Notes: generated by a model not told the origin, from the letters alone. DNA of 64,000 bases from an uncultured Brevinematales bacterium (GCA_964533855.1 CAZHNM010000014.1:5238-69237), one strand, 5' to 3'; shown: positions 7,426 through 18,931, numbered from the stretch's first letter. Numbers and translations: made by a program.

Positions 7426-8310
7426 ATGAAAACTGGAGACATCATTGTGAAGATCAGCGAAATTTTAAAAAATAATTTTACCATATCGTTTGAATTTTTC
7501 CCTCCCAAAACGTCCCAAGGAGAGATTGACCTTTTTTCAAATCTCAGGAGCCTTGAAAACCTTGAGCCCTCTTTCGTTTCCGTCACATACGGTGCGGGGG
7601 GGAGCAGCCGGGATTCCACGAGAAGGGTTGTGACCCGGATAGCCCGTGAGGAAAAGCTGAATGTCATGGCTCACCTGACCTCTGTAGCGCATACCCGTAG
7701 TGAGGTTCTCGGAATTCTCGAAGACTATAAAAATGCAGGGATAGATAATATAATGGCTCTCAGGGGAGACAGCCCGGCCGGGAGCGGCATAGAGCCCTGC
7801 AAAGGCGAAATTCCCCATGCTTCAGACCTTATGGCCATTATCAGGGAGAAGTACAGGGATTATTTTTCCCTGGGCGGGGCTGTCTATACATGCAGACACC
7901 CGGAATCGGCAAGCTGGGATGATGAAATGACGCATCTTGAAAAGAAGATTGAAGCCGGTATGGATTTCGGTATTACTCAGCTCTTTTTTAATAACCGGGA
8001 TTACTATGAATTTATGGAACGCTGCCTGAAGAGAGGGCTCTCGATACCGGTCATACCCGGCATTATGCCTGTAACAGGCTTCAGCCAGATCGAACGTTTT
8101 TCAACTATGTGCAATGCCGTTCTTCCCGCCGCTACTGCTTCAAAAATGGAAAAGTATAAAGATACGCCTTCTGAAGTGGAGAAAATCGGAGTCGATTTTG
8201 CAATAGCGCAATGCCGGGACCTCCTGGCCAATAATGTAAGAGGAATTCATTTTTACACCCTTAATAAAAGCCAGGCGACTCTTAAAATATACAGAGCCCT
8301 TCGTGATTAA
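7426..8310 (+). CDS. metF: 5,10-methylenetetrahydrofolate reductase
   Basis: [42 protein letters not shown]. Confidence 0.96.
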   Translation: MKTGDIIVKISEILKNNFTISFEFFPPKTSQGEIDLFSNLRSLENLEPSFVSVTYGAGGSSRDSTRRVVTRIAREEKLNVMAHLTSVAHTRSEVLGILEDYKNAGIDNIMALRGDSPAGSGIEPCKGEIPHASDLMAIIREKYRDYFSLGGAVYTCRHPESASWDDEMTHLEKKIEAGMDFGITQLFFNNRDYYEFMERCLKRGLSIPVIPGIMPVTGFSQIERFSTMCNAVLPAATASKMEKYKDTPSEVEKIGVDFAIAQCRDLLANNVRGIHFYTLNKSQATLKIYRALRD

Positions 8311-8324
8311 TAAGGAGGATTTTT

Positions 8325-9641
8325 ATGCGTAAATTCCCCTACAATATCTGGAATCCGGAAATGGAAACAATGGAGCCGGAAACCAGGAAATCTCTCCAGC
8401 TTTACCGTCTCAAAGAGCTGGTCGCTTTCGTTTATGAGAATGTCCCGTTCTATACTAAAAAATTGGACGAGATGAAGATCAGGCCGGCTGACATAACAAA
8501 AATGGAAGATATTCAAAACCTTCCGTTTACTACTAAAACAGACCTCAGGGACAATTATCCCTACGGCCTTTTCGGCGTGCCCCTCGAAAAAATCGTCAGG
8601 ATCCATGCCTCGAGCGGCACGACGGGCAAACCGACTGTAGTCGGTTATACAAGAGAGGATCTCGATACCTGGTCGGAAGTTATGGCACGCTCTCTTACCG
8701 CATCCGGGGCCACGAAACATTCTATCGTCCAGAACGCGTACGGGTACGGGCTCTTCACTGGGGGCCTGGGCGTGCATTACGGAGCGGAGAAAATCGGAGC
8801 GAGTGTTATCCCGATATCCGGGGGCAACACTGCAAGGCAGATACTGATTCTTGAAGATTTCGGCTCCGATGTCCTGACTTGCACGCCGTCATATTCACTT
8901 TTTCTTGCGGAAGAGCTTGAAAAAAAGGGAGTGGACAAGAAAAAGCTGAAACTCCGGTATGGAGTCTTCGGCGCCGAACCATGGTCCGAGGCGATGCGCA
9001 AGGAGATCGAAAAACGCCTTCCGATAAAAGCCCTTAATATTTACGGCCTTTCTGAAATTACAGGGCCCGGAGTGGCGAACGAATGTCTTGAACAGAGCGG
9101 CCTGCATGTATTCGACGATCACTTTTACCCTGAAATTATCGACCCCCAGACATGCAAGCCCGTAAAGCCTGGCGAGAAGGGCGAACTTGTAATAACGACC
9201 CTCACCAAAAAAGGTATTCCCCTGATAAGATACAGGACAAGGGATCTGACAAGCTTCATCGGGGGTGTTTGCCCCTGCGGAAGGACTCATCCCAGGATTG
9301 ACAGGATCATGGGCAGATCCGATGATATGCTTATTATTCGCGGCGTCAATGTTTTTCCTTCCCAGATCGAAGAGGTTCTGGTGAAGATAGAGGAAGTTTC
9401 CCCCCATTACCAGCTGATTGTGGAAAGGGAGCATAATCTTGACAAGCTCACCATCATGGTCGAAGTGAACCAGAGCGTCTTTTCTGACGAGATAAAAGGC
9501 CTTGAGACAAGCGAGAGAAAGATCCAGGATGAAATCGAGAATGTCCTTGGAATTTCAGTCAGGGTCAAGCTGGTCGAGCCGATGACAGTCGAAAGGAGCG
9601 AAGGCAAGGCGAAAAGGATCGTGGATAAAAGACAGATATAG
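8325..9641 (+). CDS. paaK: Phenylacetate-CoA ligase family protein
   Basis: [54 protein letters not shown]. Confidence 0.92.
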   Translation: MRKFPYNIWNPEMETMEPETRKSLQLYRLKELVAFVYENVPFYTKKLDEMKIRPADITKMEDIQNLPFTTKTDLRDNYPYGLFGVPLEKIVRIHASSGTTGKPTVVGYTREDLDTWSEVMARSLTASGATKHSIVQNAYGYGLFTGGLGVHYGAEKIGASVIPISGGNTARQILILEDFGSDVLTCTPSYSLFLAEELEKKGVDKKKLKLRYGVFGAEPWSEAMRKEIEKRLPIKALNIYGLSEITGPGVANECLEQSGLHVFDDHFYPEIIDPQTCKPVKPGEKGELVITTLTKKGIPLIRYRTRDLTSFIGGVCPCGRTHPRIDRIMGRSDDMLIIRGVNVFPSQIEEVLVKIEEVSPHYQLIVEREHNLDKLTIMVEVNQSVFSDEIKGLETSERKIQDEIENVLGISVRVKLVEPMTVERSEGKAKRIVDKRQI

Positions 9642-9664
9642 TAACAGGATAAAGGAGGTTTCTA

Positions 9665-10093
9665 ATGGTTAAGCAGGTTTCTATTTTCCTGGAAAACCGG
9701 GCCGGAAGGCTCTATGAAGTAAGCAACACCCTTGCAAAGAATAAACTGAATATCAGGGCGCTGTCTATTGCAGATACATCGGATTTCGGGATTCTCAGGC
9801 TGATTATGGATGACCCTGACAGGGCAATAGATGTCCTGAAAAAGGAGAACTACACGGTCTCAGCCACCGATGTTCTCGCTATTGAAGTCGACGACAATCC
9901 GGGGGGCCTGGCAAAAATCCTCGGAATCTTCGATGAGAATAAAATCAATATCGAGTATATGTATGCATTCCTCGGCAAACTCCCGGAAAAAGCGATTATG
10001 ATCTTCAGGTTCGATAATAACAAGCTCGTTCTTGAAAAGCTGAAAAACAAGGAAGTTAAGTTCATAGACGCCAGGGACCTCTACAGCCTGTAG
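9665..10093 (+). CDS. Tandem ACT domain protein
   Basis: KQVSIFLENRAGRL, ADTSDFGILRLI, DNPGGLAKIL, NIEYMYAF. Confidence 0.9.
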   Translation: MVKQVSIFLENRAGRLYEVSNTLAKNKLNIRALSIADTSDFGILRLIMDDPDRAIDVLKKENYTVSATDVLAIEVDDNPGGLAKILGIFDENKINIEYMYAFLGKLPEKAIMIFRFDNNKLVLEKLKNKEVKFIDARDLYSL

Positions 10094-10118
10094 CTCTCGT
10101 CTTGCCGCCCGGAGCCGC

Positions 10119-10151
10119 CCCTCTGCGCAGCAGCCTCTGCTTCGCAGAGGG
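10119..10151 (+). terminator. Hairpin after the ACT gene (terminator or REP-like)
   Basis: CCCTCTGCG...CGCAGAGGG 9-bp inverted repeat followed by ATTT. Confidence 0.45.
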
Positions 10152-10214
10152 ATTTAAATAAAAGGAGGATTTGTTCCGATATATTTACCGGTTGAACAAT
10201 AAAAAGGGGTCCCG

Positions 10215-11399
10215 ATGAAAAAATGCCTCCTTACCGCGCTTCTGCTTGTCTTTGCTGGGACGGTCTATTCAGAAGCGTCGAACGATGTCCAGGCATATAT
10301 AATTTATAAAGAAGCCAATGACAGTTATATAGTGAAAAAATTCGATGATGCCAGGAACAGCTATCTCCAGGTTATAAACGAGTTTCCGTCTTCAAAATAT
10401 GTTCCCTACTCTATTTACATGCTATCCTTCATTGAAACCGATTATATCAAGATCATCGATTATCTGGGGATTATCAAGGGAAAATACCCGGATTTCCAGT
10501 ACTGGACGAATTCTGTTGAAAAACTCGCCGATATTTTCTATGTAATGGATAACCAGAAAGCGGCCATAGAGGAATACGGGCTGATCTCTACCGACAGGTC
10601 ATACTACATGCTCTCCCTTATTTATTCCTCTAACGGTTTCATCGACAAGGCCGCCGATTACGCGCTGAAACTCCTGCAGACAACAAAAGACAGCTCCTTA
10701 GCTTACAAGGGATTTATAATTCTCATCAAGTGCCGCCTGGACCAGGGAAATTACACGCAGGCGCATGACCTCATCGAACAGGCTCTCAAGCTTAAAAAAT
10801 GGGCTTTCGATAACGGCGCAAGGGCCCTTTACTATGCCGGAAAATGTTATTTTTATAAAAAAGATATTGTAAATCATATGCAAAAATCATTTTATATATT
10901 TTCCCTCCTTAAAACAACTTTTCCCCTGTCCCCGGAATCGGCAATGGCAAACGGGTATTTCGATTACTTCAATAAAAACAATATCAGTAAAACCGATGAA
11001 GTAAGGTGGATAGCCGATGCTTTTACAACCCCGCTTGACCTGCCTTACCAGAACCAGACGCTGACCGTCCTCGATAAGCTTGAAAAACACGCTGAAGATA
11101 TTTCGGCAGAATCGGAAGGTGTTAACGGAAACCTCATAAAATCCGATTTCCAGGAATATGTCGTGAGGATCGGAGAATTCAAAGATCTTAGCGTTGCCAG
11201 TCTCGCAGCCGCAGATATTGTTAAAAGCGGCCAGAACGTTCCCCTCGGGGTTTTTTACAGGAACGACATGTATGTAGCAGAGATCAGGGGTATTAAAGAC
11301 CTGGGAGACGCAAAGGACCTGGCGAAAAAAATGATAGCGATGGGGTATTCCGACACCAGGATCATTGAAGTCGTCAAAGTTATCCAGTTTGCAAAATAA
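10215..11399 (+). CDS. Secreted TPR-repeat protein with C-terminal SPOR-like domain
   Basis: Signal peptide; TPR patterns (YLQVINEFPSSKYVPYS, ALYYAGKCY); C-terminal YVVRIGEFKD...AKDLAKKM. Confidence 0.7.
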   Translation: MKKCLLTALLLVFAGTVYSEASNDVQAYIIYKEANDSYIVKKFDDARNSYLQVINEFPSSKYVPYSIYMLSFIETDYIKIIDYLGIIKGKYPDFQYWTNSVEKLADIFYVMDNQKAAIEEYGLISTDRSYYMLSLIYSSNGFIDKAADYALKLLQTTKDSSLAYKGFIILIKCRLDQGNYTQAHDLIEQALKLKKWAFDNGARALYYAGKCYFYKKDIVNHMQKSFYIFSLLKTTFPLSPESAMANGYFDYFNKNNISKTDEVRWIADAFTTPLDLPYQNQTLTVLDKLEKHAEDISAESEGVNGNLIKSDFQEYVVRIGEFKDLSVASLAAADIVKSGQNVPLGVFYRNDMYVAEIRGIKDLGDAKDLAKKMIAMGYSDTRIIEVVKVIQFAK

Positions 11400-11452
11400 C
11401 ATTTTTATAATTATAATGCTAATCAACATTGTTTTTTTAGGAGGTTATAAAG

Positions 11453-12277
11453 ATGTTAAGAAATCTGCCATCAATACCCGTTTTATTTATCCTCTTCTTT
11501 ATCTGCCCGCTATTTTCCCAGGAAACCAACCAGGACGCCTGGTATCTTGAACAGGATCTCGGAGGGGAATACAATCCCCTGGGGCTGCAGCTCGATACAA
11601 AATTATACTATGAATTTGCGCTTCAGAAAACGGATAATTTTCTCTTTAAAACCTCCAAAGTAAACGCGGGCTTGATAGACAGGATAAGCCCGTCATATGA
11701 ATGCATCGGGGTAACCGGTTATGTGGAGCCTATCGCGTTTTTCGATTTTACTTTCACAGGTTTTTACCAGTACTCATACAGCGCTCTCGGGTACGGATTT
11801 CTGTCTGAAAACAGTTCGGACGCCCTCAACTTCGCCCCGCCCGCACAGGCCGGAACGGATGCTCAGGGATGGTGGATAATCGCTGCGCCCAGGCTCAAAA
11901 TGCAGCTTGGAAACTTTATCGCCGCCGATACTTTCAGCTATAATTATCTGGATAAGCTGAATTATTCGGGATATTATTACGAATCCTTCTCCGACGCTAT
12001 CGTGAACGCCAGCGACTATTACTGGATCAACGACGGTTACCTTCTCTATCAGGTCACGAAAACTATAACGGTCGGCCTCAACGATTATAACCTCTTTGTT
12101 CCGGACACCGGGTATGTATCCCAGAGAATATCCGCCGTATTTATTTTCGAACCGGATTTAAAGCCTTTCAGCGATTTTTACATATTCTGCTCGGCAGGGA
12201 CGCTGCTTATTGACCATTATTACGCCGGTAAGCTCTGCCTGATAGCTGCTGCTGGTTATAAACTGATGGTGTTTTAA
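11453..12277 (+). CDS. Secreted/outer-membrane hypothetical protein (beta-strand and aromatic rich)
   Basis: Signal peptide, alternating beta-strand pattern, C-terminal F. Confidence 0.55.
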   Translation: MLRNLPSIPVLFILFFICPLFSQETNQDAWYLEQDLGGEYNPLGLQLDTKLYYEFALQKTDNFLFKTSKVNAGLIDRISPSYECIGVTGYVEPIAFFDFTFTGFYQYSYSALGYGFLSENSSDALNFAPPAQAGTDAQGWWIIAAPRLKMQLGNFIAADTFSYNYLDKLNYSGYYYESFSDAIVNASDYYWINDGYLLYQVTKTITVGLNDYNLFVPDTGYVSQRISAVFIFEPDLKPFSDFYIFCSAGTLLIDHYYAGKLCLIAAAGYKLMVF

Positions 12278-12279
12278 CT

Positions 12280-14169
12280 ATGAATAAAAGCAAGTTCCTG
12301 ATACGCTTCTTTTCATCCGAATTATCGGGGTTTGCCGTAGGGATGCCTGTGGCCTCAGCATACGCACTCCTGCTAGCCTCCATTCCCCAGGAAATGATAC
12401 CGGGCTATCTTAAATTCGTGCTTGTAATGTCCTGCATGATAGTTTTTCTCGTCGCAATGCCGGTCAATTACCTCCTCATCAGGAAACTGAAAGATCTCAT
12501 CGATAGAAAGGATATGACCATAGAGGAAAACACTTCGTACTTTTTGATGCTTCTGAAACTCCCGTTCAGGCATGGGGCCCTTATCTTCGCCCGCGTATGC
12601 TGCGGAGCCATTGTGGCAGCGGGTTATATATATACCAACATGCACCTGCATATTTTCCAGGCTGTTATATGCCTTTTCCTCGCGTTTTACGGAGCTTACA
12701 TAGCGGGAATCGTAGCTTATATTATCATCCTTAATCTTATTAAACCGCTTGCCCAGGCAATCGTAGCCTCGGAAAAGCTTGATAAAAACATAATCGTAGA
12801 AGGCAGGTATTTCGGCATCGGATATTCCAGAAAGATCATATTGTTCATCGTCCTGCCAGTCGTTTTTACCAGCATATCGCTGCTGTTTACACTTTTAGAC
12901 GCTTCTTTCAACAATACCGGCTATAGCGATCTTTTACCGAAATTCATCGGAGCCCTGACGGTTAATTCCCTTACCCTGTTCGCCGGCATATACCTGATAC
13001 ATTATTCGACAAAAGGGCCGCTCAGCGATCTTGAAAAATCCCTTACTTCCCTGTCTTCCCATTCAGGGGACCTGACGCAGATACTACCCACTGACCTGTC
13101 TGACGAGTTCGCATATCTAAGCTACCTGATTAACGAATCCAACAGGAATATCAGGGGCATTATCATGAAAGTGAAGCATAACGCCGAGGTCACCATAAAG
13201 AGTATGGATGTCGTAAAAGGCCTCATCGAGGATGCGGGTGTCAATATAATGGAAAGGAGCAAGTCCTCCTCCGATGTGAAGGGCAAAAGCGACACCCAGA
13301 ATAAATTTGCCGTCCAGGCTGTAGACACGATGACCGGAATATCCGAACAGATAAGGAAGATTTCGAGCAAATCGAGCGTTTCCAAGGATAACATAAACGA
13401 GCTGATAATGTCCATAGATTCAAGCAATATCAATATTAAGAACCTGAATAAAAAATCGAGCGATTTTCTGGAGTTTATCAGATCACTCGAGATTTCAATA
13501 GAGGAATCGAAGGAAAAGGCCAATTCCATAATGGAAGAAGTTGACAGGATCCTTGAGGGCTCTAACCAGATTTACAATATTTCATATATGATCGAGGGTA
13601 CGGCTAACCAGATCAACATACTTGCCATGAACGCCTCGATAGAAGCAAGCCATGCCGGGCAATACGGCAAAGGTTTTGCAGTAGTCGCGAGGGAAATCAA
13701 GAAGCTGTCTGAAACAACAAGGGAAAACGTAAGAAACACGAACGACCTCTTGAAGAATATGAAAACTACCACTGAAAAAAGCAATGAAAACGCGTTTAAC
13801 GCGATAAAAGACCTCGAGGCAGTCCTTAAAAATTTCTCGGGGATCCAGGAATTTTATGAGCAGATAGACCAGACCCTGAAAAAAGAGAGTTCGGCAAATA
13901 CGGATATCAGGTCTAAAGCGCTCGCTTATGAAACAGGGATCGCCGGCCTGAACGAAGAGATACAGAAAGAATCCGCCAGGGCCCTCGACTCAAGCACATT
14001 TATCAAGGACCTCGGCAAGATCTCGGTCGATATCAACGAATGCATGCAGATCGAAATAGACAAGATAAACAGCTTCGCTGAATCCATCAGGGGGATCTCC
14101 CGGCATCTCGACGATACAATTGAAAAGGCCAGCGACCTTATTTCTACAGTGAACAGTTTTAGCGTCTAA
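12280..14169 (+). CDS. Methyl-accepting chemotaxis protein with multi-TM N-terminal sensor and HAMP
   Basis: MCP hairpin tip NQINILAMNASIEASHAGQYGKGFAVVAREIKKLSE; HAMP GDLTQILP..DEFAYL; about 6 TM helices. Confidence 0.92.
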   Translation: MNKSKFLIRFFSSELSGFAVGMPVASAYALLLASIPQEMIPGYLKFVLVMSCMIVFLVAMPVNYLLIRKLKDLIDRKDMTIEENTSYFLMLLKLPFRHGALIFARVCCGAIVAAGYIYTNMHLHIFQAVICLFLAFYGAYIAGIVAYIIILNLIKPLAQAIVASEKLDKNIIVEGRYFGIGYSRKIILFIVLPVVFTSISLLFTLLDASFNNTGYSDLLPKFIGALTVNSLTLFAGIYLIHYSTKGPLSDLEKSLTSLSSHSGDLTQILPTDLSDEFAYLSYLINESNRNIRGIIMKVKHNAEVTIKSMDVVKGLIEDAGVNIMERSKSSSDVKGKSDTQNKFAVQAVDTMTGISEQIRKISSKSSVSKDNINELIMSIDSSNINIKNLNKKSSDFLEFIRSLEISIEESKEKANSIMEEVDRILEGSNQIYNISYMIEGTANQINILAMNASIEASHAGQYGKGFAVVAREIKKLSETTRENVRNTNDLLKNMKTTTEKSNENAFNAIKDLEAVLKNFSGIQEFYEQIDQTLKKESSANTDIRSKALAYETGIAGLNEEIQKESARALDSSTFIKDLGKISVDINECMQIEIDKINSFAESIRGISRHLDDTIEKASDLISTVNSFSV

Positions 14170-14271
14170 AATTCATACGGCACCAGTAGCTGCCGGCGCA
14201 GCCGAACCCCATTAAAACGCCCGCTGCATCAAAGACGATTACGCCTGATGGCGCGTACCCGATGGCGCAGC

Positions 14272-14300
14272 TTGACTAAACCTGCTATATAATTTAAACT
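14272..14300 (+). promoter_or_regulatory. sigma70 promoter of the ilv leader
   Basis: TTGACT, 17 bp, TAAACT. Confidence 0.55.
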
Positions 14301-14323
14301 TATCCGTTAAAAATGGAGGAACC

Positions 14324-14416
14324 ATGTCTACCCCGATTTTCAAGATCAATATTCTTCTTAACGTTGTTGTAGTAGTACTTTCCGGGTCTGTCTACAGGCT
14401 TGGTCCGCGGGGTTGA
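14324..14416 (+). CDS. Ile/Leu/Val-rich attenuator leader peptide (MSTPIFKINILLNVVVVVLSGSVYRLGPRG), absent from the ORF track
   Basis: RBS GGAGGA; 30 codons with a run I-x-I-L-L-x-V-V-V-V-V-L; lies upstream of a terminator and ilvB. Confidence 0.88.
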   Translation: MSTPIFKINILLNVVVVVLSGSVYRLGPRG

Positions 14417-14440
14417 CAACGTTAATTAAAAGCTAATTAC

Positions 14441-14474
14441 GCCCCTGCCGGCTTAAAGCCGGCAGGGGTTTTTT
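14441..14474 (+). terminator. Attenuator terminator upstream of ilvB
   Basis: CCCCTGCCGGC-TTAAA-GCCGGCAGGGG-TTTTTT. Confidence 0.9.
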
Positions 14475-14527
14475 AATGCCCTTCCGGCTCCGGCAGTCAA
14501 TAAAATTTTATACGCCGGGAGGACGTT

Positions 14528-16186
14528 ATGAGAACAAGCGGAGCCCAGATCATTATCGAAATGCTCGAAAAGCTCGGGGTGGAATTCATTGCGGGAATTC
14601 CGGGGGGATTCAACCTCCCCCTCTATGATGCCCTTTACAGGAGCCCCATCAGGCATATTCTCGCCAGGCATGAACAGGCGGCAGGATTTATAGCGCAGGG
14701 TCTGGCCAGGTCCACAGGGAAAACGGGTGTATGTTTTGCGACATCGGGGCCGGGCGTAACAAACCTGCTGACAGCGCTTGCCGATGCAAAAATGGATTCA
14801 ATCCCGATAGTTGCCATCACCGGCCAGGTGCCCCTGAATTTCATAGGTACAGACGCTTTCCAGGAGGTTGATACTTATGGAATCACGTTTTCTATTACCA
14901 AACATAATTTCTTAGTCAGGTCTGCGGATGACCTGCCTGAAATAATTTCCGCGGCTTTCAGGATCGCCTCTTCCGGAAGGCCCGGGCCGGTGCTTGTCGA
15001 CATTCCCAAGGATATTCAGACCGGTTACGCGGAATGGAACGGAAAACTCTTTAGAGGACACAGGGAGAGCCCCCCGGCTTCCGATAAGGAAGCGCTTGAA
15101 AAAGCCGCCTCCATGATAAACAACGCGCGAAAGCCTCTTCTCCTTGCCGGCGGAGGGATAGTTCACTCCGGAGCGGATGCGGCTTTAAAGGAGCTTGCTC
15201 ATAAAAGCTCTATCCCCGTAGTATCCACCCTTATGGGATTGGGAGCCTTTCCGAGTTCCGATCCGCTATTCAAGGGTTTGATAGGAATGCATGGCTCAAA
15301 AAGCTCGAATCATATCAGCGAGCTTGCCGACCTTGTAATCGCCTGCGGTACAAGGTTCTGCGACAGGACTACGGGCAGGGCCAGCAGCTTCTGCAGCAAC
15401 GCCGGTATTATTCATATCGACATCGATAATTCAGAGTTCGGCAAAAACAGGCAAGCGGACCTAACAGTTAACTCTGATATAAAAGATTTTCTATCGGGAC
15501 TTTTACCGTTAATCGCCATATCTGAGAGGGCTTTATGGATAGAAGAGACAAAAACTGTCCTTTTAAAGCATCCGCCCGATATGCCCCCGGCAGACAACCC
15601 TCTCCACCCCGGAAACATTATCATGAAAACCGGATCGATCGTTCCGGAAGATGCTATCATAACGACCGACGTAGGGCAGCACCAGATGTGGGTTGCCAAA
15701 TGGTACAATTTCAGAAGACCCCGCACTCTTCTTACTTCGGGCGGACTCGGGACAATGGGTTTCGGACTGCCCGCGGCTATAGGGGCGGCTCTTGCCAATC
15801 CCGGCAAAAAAGTTGTCTGTTTTACCGGGGATGGTTCGATCATGATGAACATCCAGGAACTGGCAACTCTGTCGGAATATGGCCTTGATATTACTATCAT
15901 AGTCATGAATAACGGAAACCTGGGGCTGGTCAGGCAGCAGCAGGACCTTTTTTACGGCAAGCGCTTCATAGCCTCTAAATTTCTGAAAAACACCGATTTC
16001 AGGGCTGTCGGTGAGGCTTTCGGGATAAAATCTTTCAACCTTGCCAATGAAACAGATCCTGAGAAGATTCTATATAAAGCCATTTCGGAACCGGGTCCAT
16101 GCCTTGTCAATGTTCCTGTGCCTGAAACGGCATTTGCCCTGCCTATGGTAAAGCCCGGGGCGGCGAATCTGGAAATGATCGGCTGA
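14528..16186 (+). CDS. ilvB: Acetolactate synthase large subunit (biosynthetic type)
   Basis: RHEQAAG, ATSGPGVTN, TTDVGQHQMW, SGGLGTMGFGLPAAIGA, ThDP motif GDGS...NN. Confidence 0.96.
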   Translation: MRTSGAQIIIEMLEKLGVEFIAGIPGGFNLPLYDALYRSPIRHILARHEQAAGFIAQGLARSTGKTGVCFATSGPGVTNLLTALADAKMDSIPIVAITGQVPLNFIGTDAFQEVDTYGITFSITKHNFLVRSADDLPEIISAAFRIASSGRPGPVLVDIPKDIQTGYAEWNGKLFRGHRESPPASDKEALEKAASMINNARKPLLLAGGGIVHSGADAALKELAHKSSIPVVSTLMGLGAFPSSDPLFKGLIGMHGSKSSNHISELADLVIACGTRFCDRTTGRASSFCSNAGIIHIDIDNSEFGKNRQADLTVNSDIKDFLSGLLPLIAISERALWIEETKTVLLKHPPDMPPADNPLHPGNIIMKTGSIVPEDAIITTDVGQHQMWVAKWYNFRRPRTLLTSGGLGTMGFGLPAAIGAALANPGKKVVCFTGDGSIMMNIQELATLSEYGLDITIIVMNNGNLGLVRQQQDLFYGKRFIASKFLKNTDFRAVGEAFGIKSFNLANETDPEKILYKAISEPGPCLVNVPVPETAFALPMVKPGAANLEMIG

Positions 16187-16213
16187 TCCTGCGGATTTAT
16201 AGGCCGGCTGGCA

Positions 16214-16340
16214 TACCCTATCGGGCACAAGTACCCTATCGGGCACAAGTACCCTATCGGGCACAAGTACCCTATCGGGCACAGGCAAGGTCCGCGGACA
16301 CATAGGCCGACTGGCACATAGGCCGACTGGCACATAGGCC
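16214..16340. repeat. Intergenic compound VNTR
   Basis: 18-bp unit TACCCTATCGGGCACAAG x~3.9 (16214-16283) plus 16-bp unit CACATAGGCCGACTGG x~2.6 (16299-16340). Confidence 0.95.
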
Positions 16341-16417
16341 CTTAATTGATAAAATTACTTAATTTTGTTAAAATAACATCTGGAATTCAATTCCCGTCAG
16401 ACTTACAAGGAGCGAAG

Positions 16418-17806
16418 ATGAAATCTATTATAATGGCCGGAGGCTCAGGCACAAGGCTCTGGCCTCTTTCCCGGAAAAATTACCCGAAGCAGTTCCTGTC
16501 AATATTCGGAGAGAACAGCTTTTTACAATCGACAGCATTACGTCTGCTTTCACTGGGGAAACCGGAGGACATTTACGCAGTCGCGGGAGAGGAATACAAA
16601 CTTACCATATCAGGGCAGCTGTCGGAAGTCCTCGACAATGGTTTCAAAAATATGATCATCGAACCGTCAGGCAGGAACACAGCCCCTGCGATAGCGCTCT
16701 GCGTAAAATACTTCATTGAAAAAGAGTGCTGCGCCGGTGACGAAGTACTGTTTTTCTCGCCCTCCGACCATATTATCAGCCCGGTTGAAGATTTTGCGGA
16801 AACCGTTAAAAAGGCTTTACCCCATACATCAAAAGGCATAGTTGTTTTCGGAATTACCCCTGTTGCGCCGGAAACCGGCTATGGGTATATAGAGCTTGGA
16901 GCCGGCACATCCGGAGATGCGGGAAAAGTGGTCAGGTTCGTTGAAAAACCGGATGAAGAAACGGCAAAACGCTACCTTTCGTCCGGAAATTTCCTGTGGA
17001 ATTCCGGAATGTTCATGTTTACCATTGATGTGATCATGAAGTCTTTCGAACGTTTCGCGCCGGAAATATTCAGGTGCCTCCGCTTGATGACATTGGATGA
17101 AATGCTCGCATGTTACAGCGATCTCAGCGCAATCTCCATCGACTATGCCGTGATGGAAAAATCGCCCGATATTTTCTGTTCGAGGATGTCTGTCCGGTGG
17201 AACGATATCGGTTCCTGGAAATCTGTTTACGATGTCCTCCCGAAGGACGGATCCGGCAACGCAGTCGAAGGGGATGTTGAACTTATCGATGTCAATGACT
17301 CCCTGGTCTTGAGCGACAAAAAACTGATTGCCATGATTGGCGTATCCAATCTTGCCGTGATTGAAACGGCGGACGCAATCCTGATAAGCGACAGGAATAA
17401 AACCCAGCTTGTTAAAGATATGGTGTCGCGCCTGAAGGGTAAATCCCGCAAAGAAGCCGATGAAAATATAACTACTTACAGACCCTGGGGATGTTATACT
17501 ATTCTTGAAGAATCCGCCGGGTATAAAATAAAAAAAATATCCGTCAATCCCGGAGCGACTCTTTCTCTCCAGAGGCACAGGAAGAGAAGCGAACACTGGA
17601 TAGTGGTTAAAGGCACCGCAGGAACCAGGATCGGTGAAAAGGATTATGTAATAAATGAAAATGAAAGCGCATTCGTACCCATCGGAGCTCTCCACCGGCT
17701 TTCAAACCCCGGAAAGTCTGTTCTTGAAATTATCGAAGTGCAGAACGGGGAATATACCGGCGAAGACGATATCGAAAGGATCGAAGACAAATACGGCCGG
17801 ATTTGA
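16418..17806 (+). CDS. manC: Mannose-1-phosphate guanylyltransferase / mannose-6-phosphate isomerase
   Basis: IMAGGSGTRLWPLSR..PKQF, EPSGRNTAPA, FVEKP, WNDIGSW, cupin RPWG..LSLQRH..RSEHW; RBS GGAG before ATG 16418. Confidence 0.95.
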   Translation: MKSIIMAGGSGTRLWPLSRKNYPKQFLSIFGENSFLQSTALRLLSLGKPEDIYAVAGEEYKLTISGQLSEVLDNGFKNMIIEPSGRNTAPAIALCVKYFIEKECCAGDEVLFFSPSDHIISPVEDFAETVKKALPHTSKGIVVFGITPVAPETGYGYIELGAGTSGDAGKVVRFVEKPDEETAKRYLSSGNFLWNSGMFMFTIDVIMKSFERFAPEIFRCLRLMTLDEMLACYSDLSAISIDYAVMEKSPDIFCSRMSVRWNDIGSWKSVYDVLPKDGSGNAVEGDVELIDVNDSLVLSDKKLIAMIGVSNLAVIETADAILISDRNKTQLVKDMVSRLKGKSRKEADENITTYRPWGCYTILEESAGYKIKKISVNPGATLSLQRHRKRSEHWIVVKGTAGTRIGEKDYVINENESAFVPIGALHRLSNPGKSVLEIIEVQNGEYTGEDDIERIEDKYGRI

Positions 17807-18928
<1,122 letters not shown>

Positions 18929-18931
18929 TTA

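Noticed and set aside
7380-7447. SAM riboswitch upstream of metF
   Set aside because: No intergenic space; metF abuts the anti-sigma stop codon
14181-14271. GC-rich stretch with GATGGCGC x2 and a small GCTGC/GCAGC hairpin upstream of the ilv promoter
   Set aside because: Too short and weak to support a named element
16214-16340. CRISPR array
   Set aside because: Units are head-to-tail with no unique spacers and there are no cas genes; it is a VNTR. ORFs 15952..16335 and 16070..16333 are repeat-derived artefacts.
16829-17695. 288-aa minus-strand ORF
   Set aside because: Antisense shadow of manC; the many other short antisense ORFs inside core genes were rejected likewise
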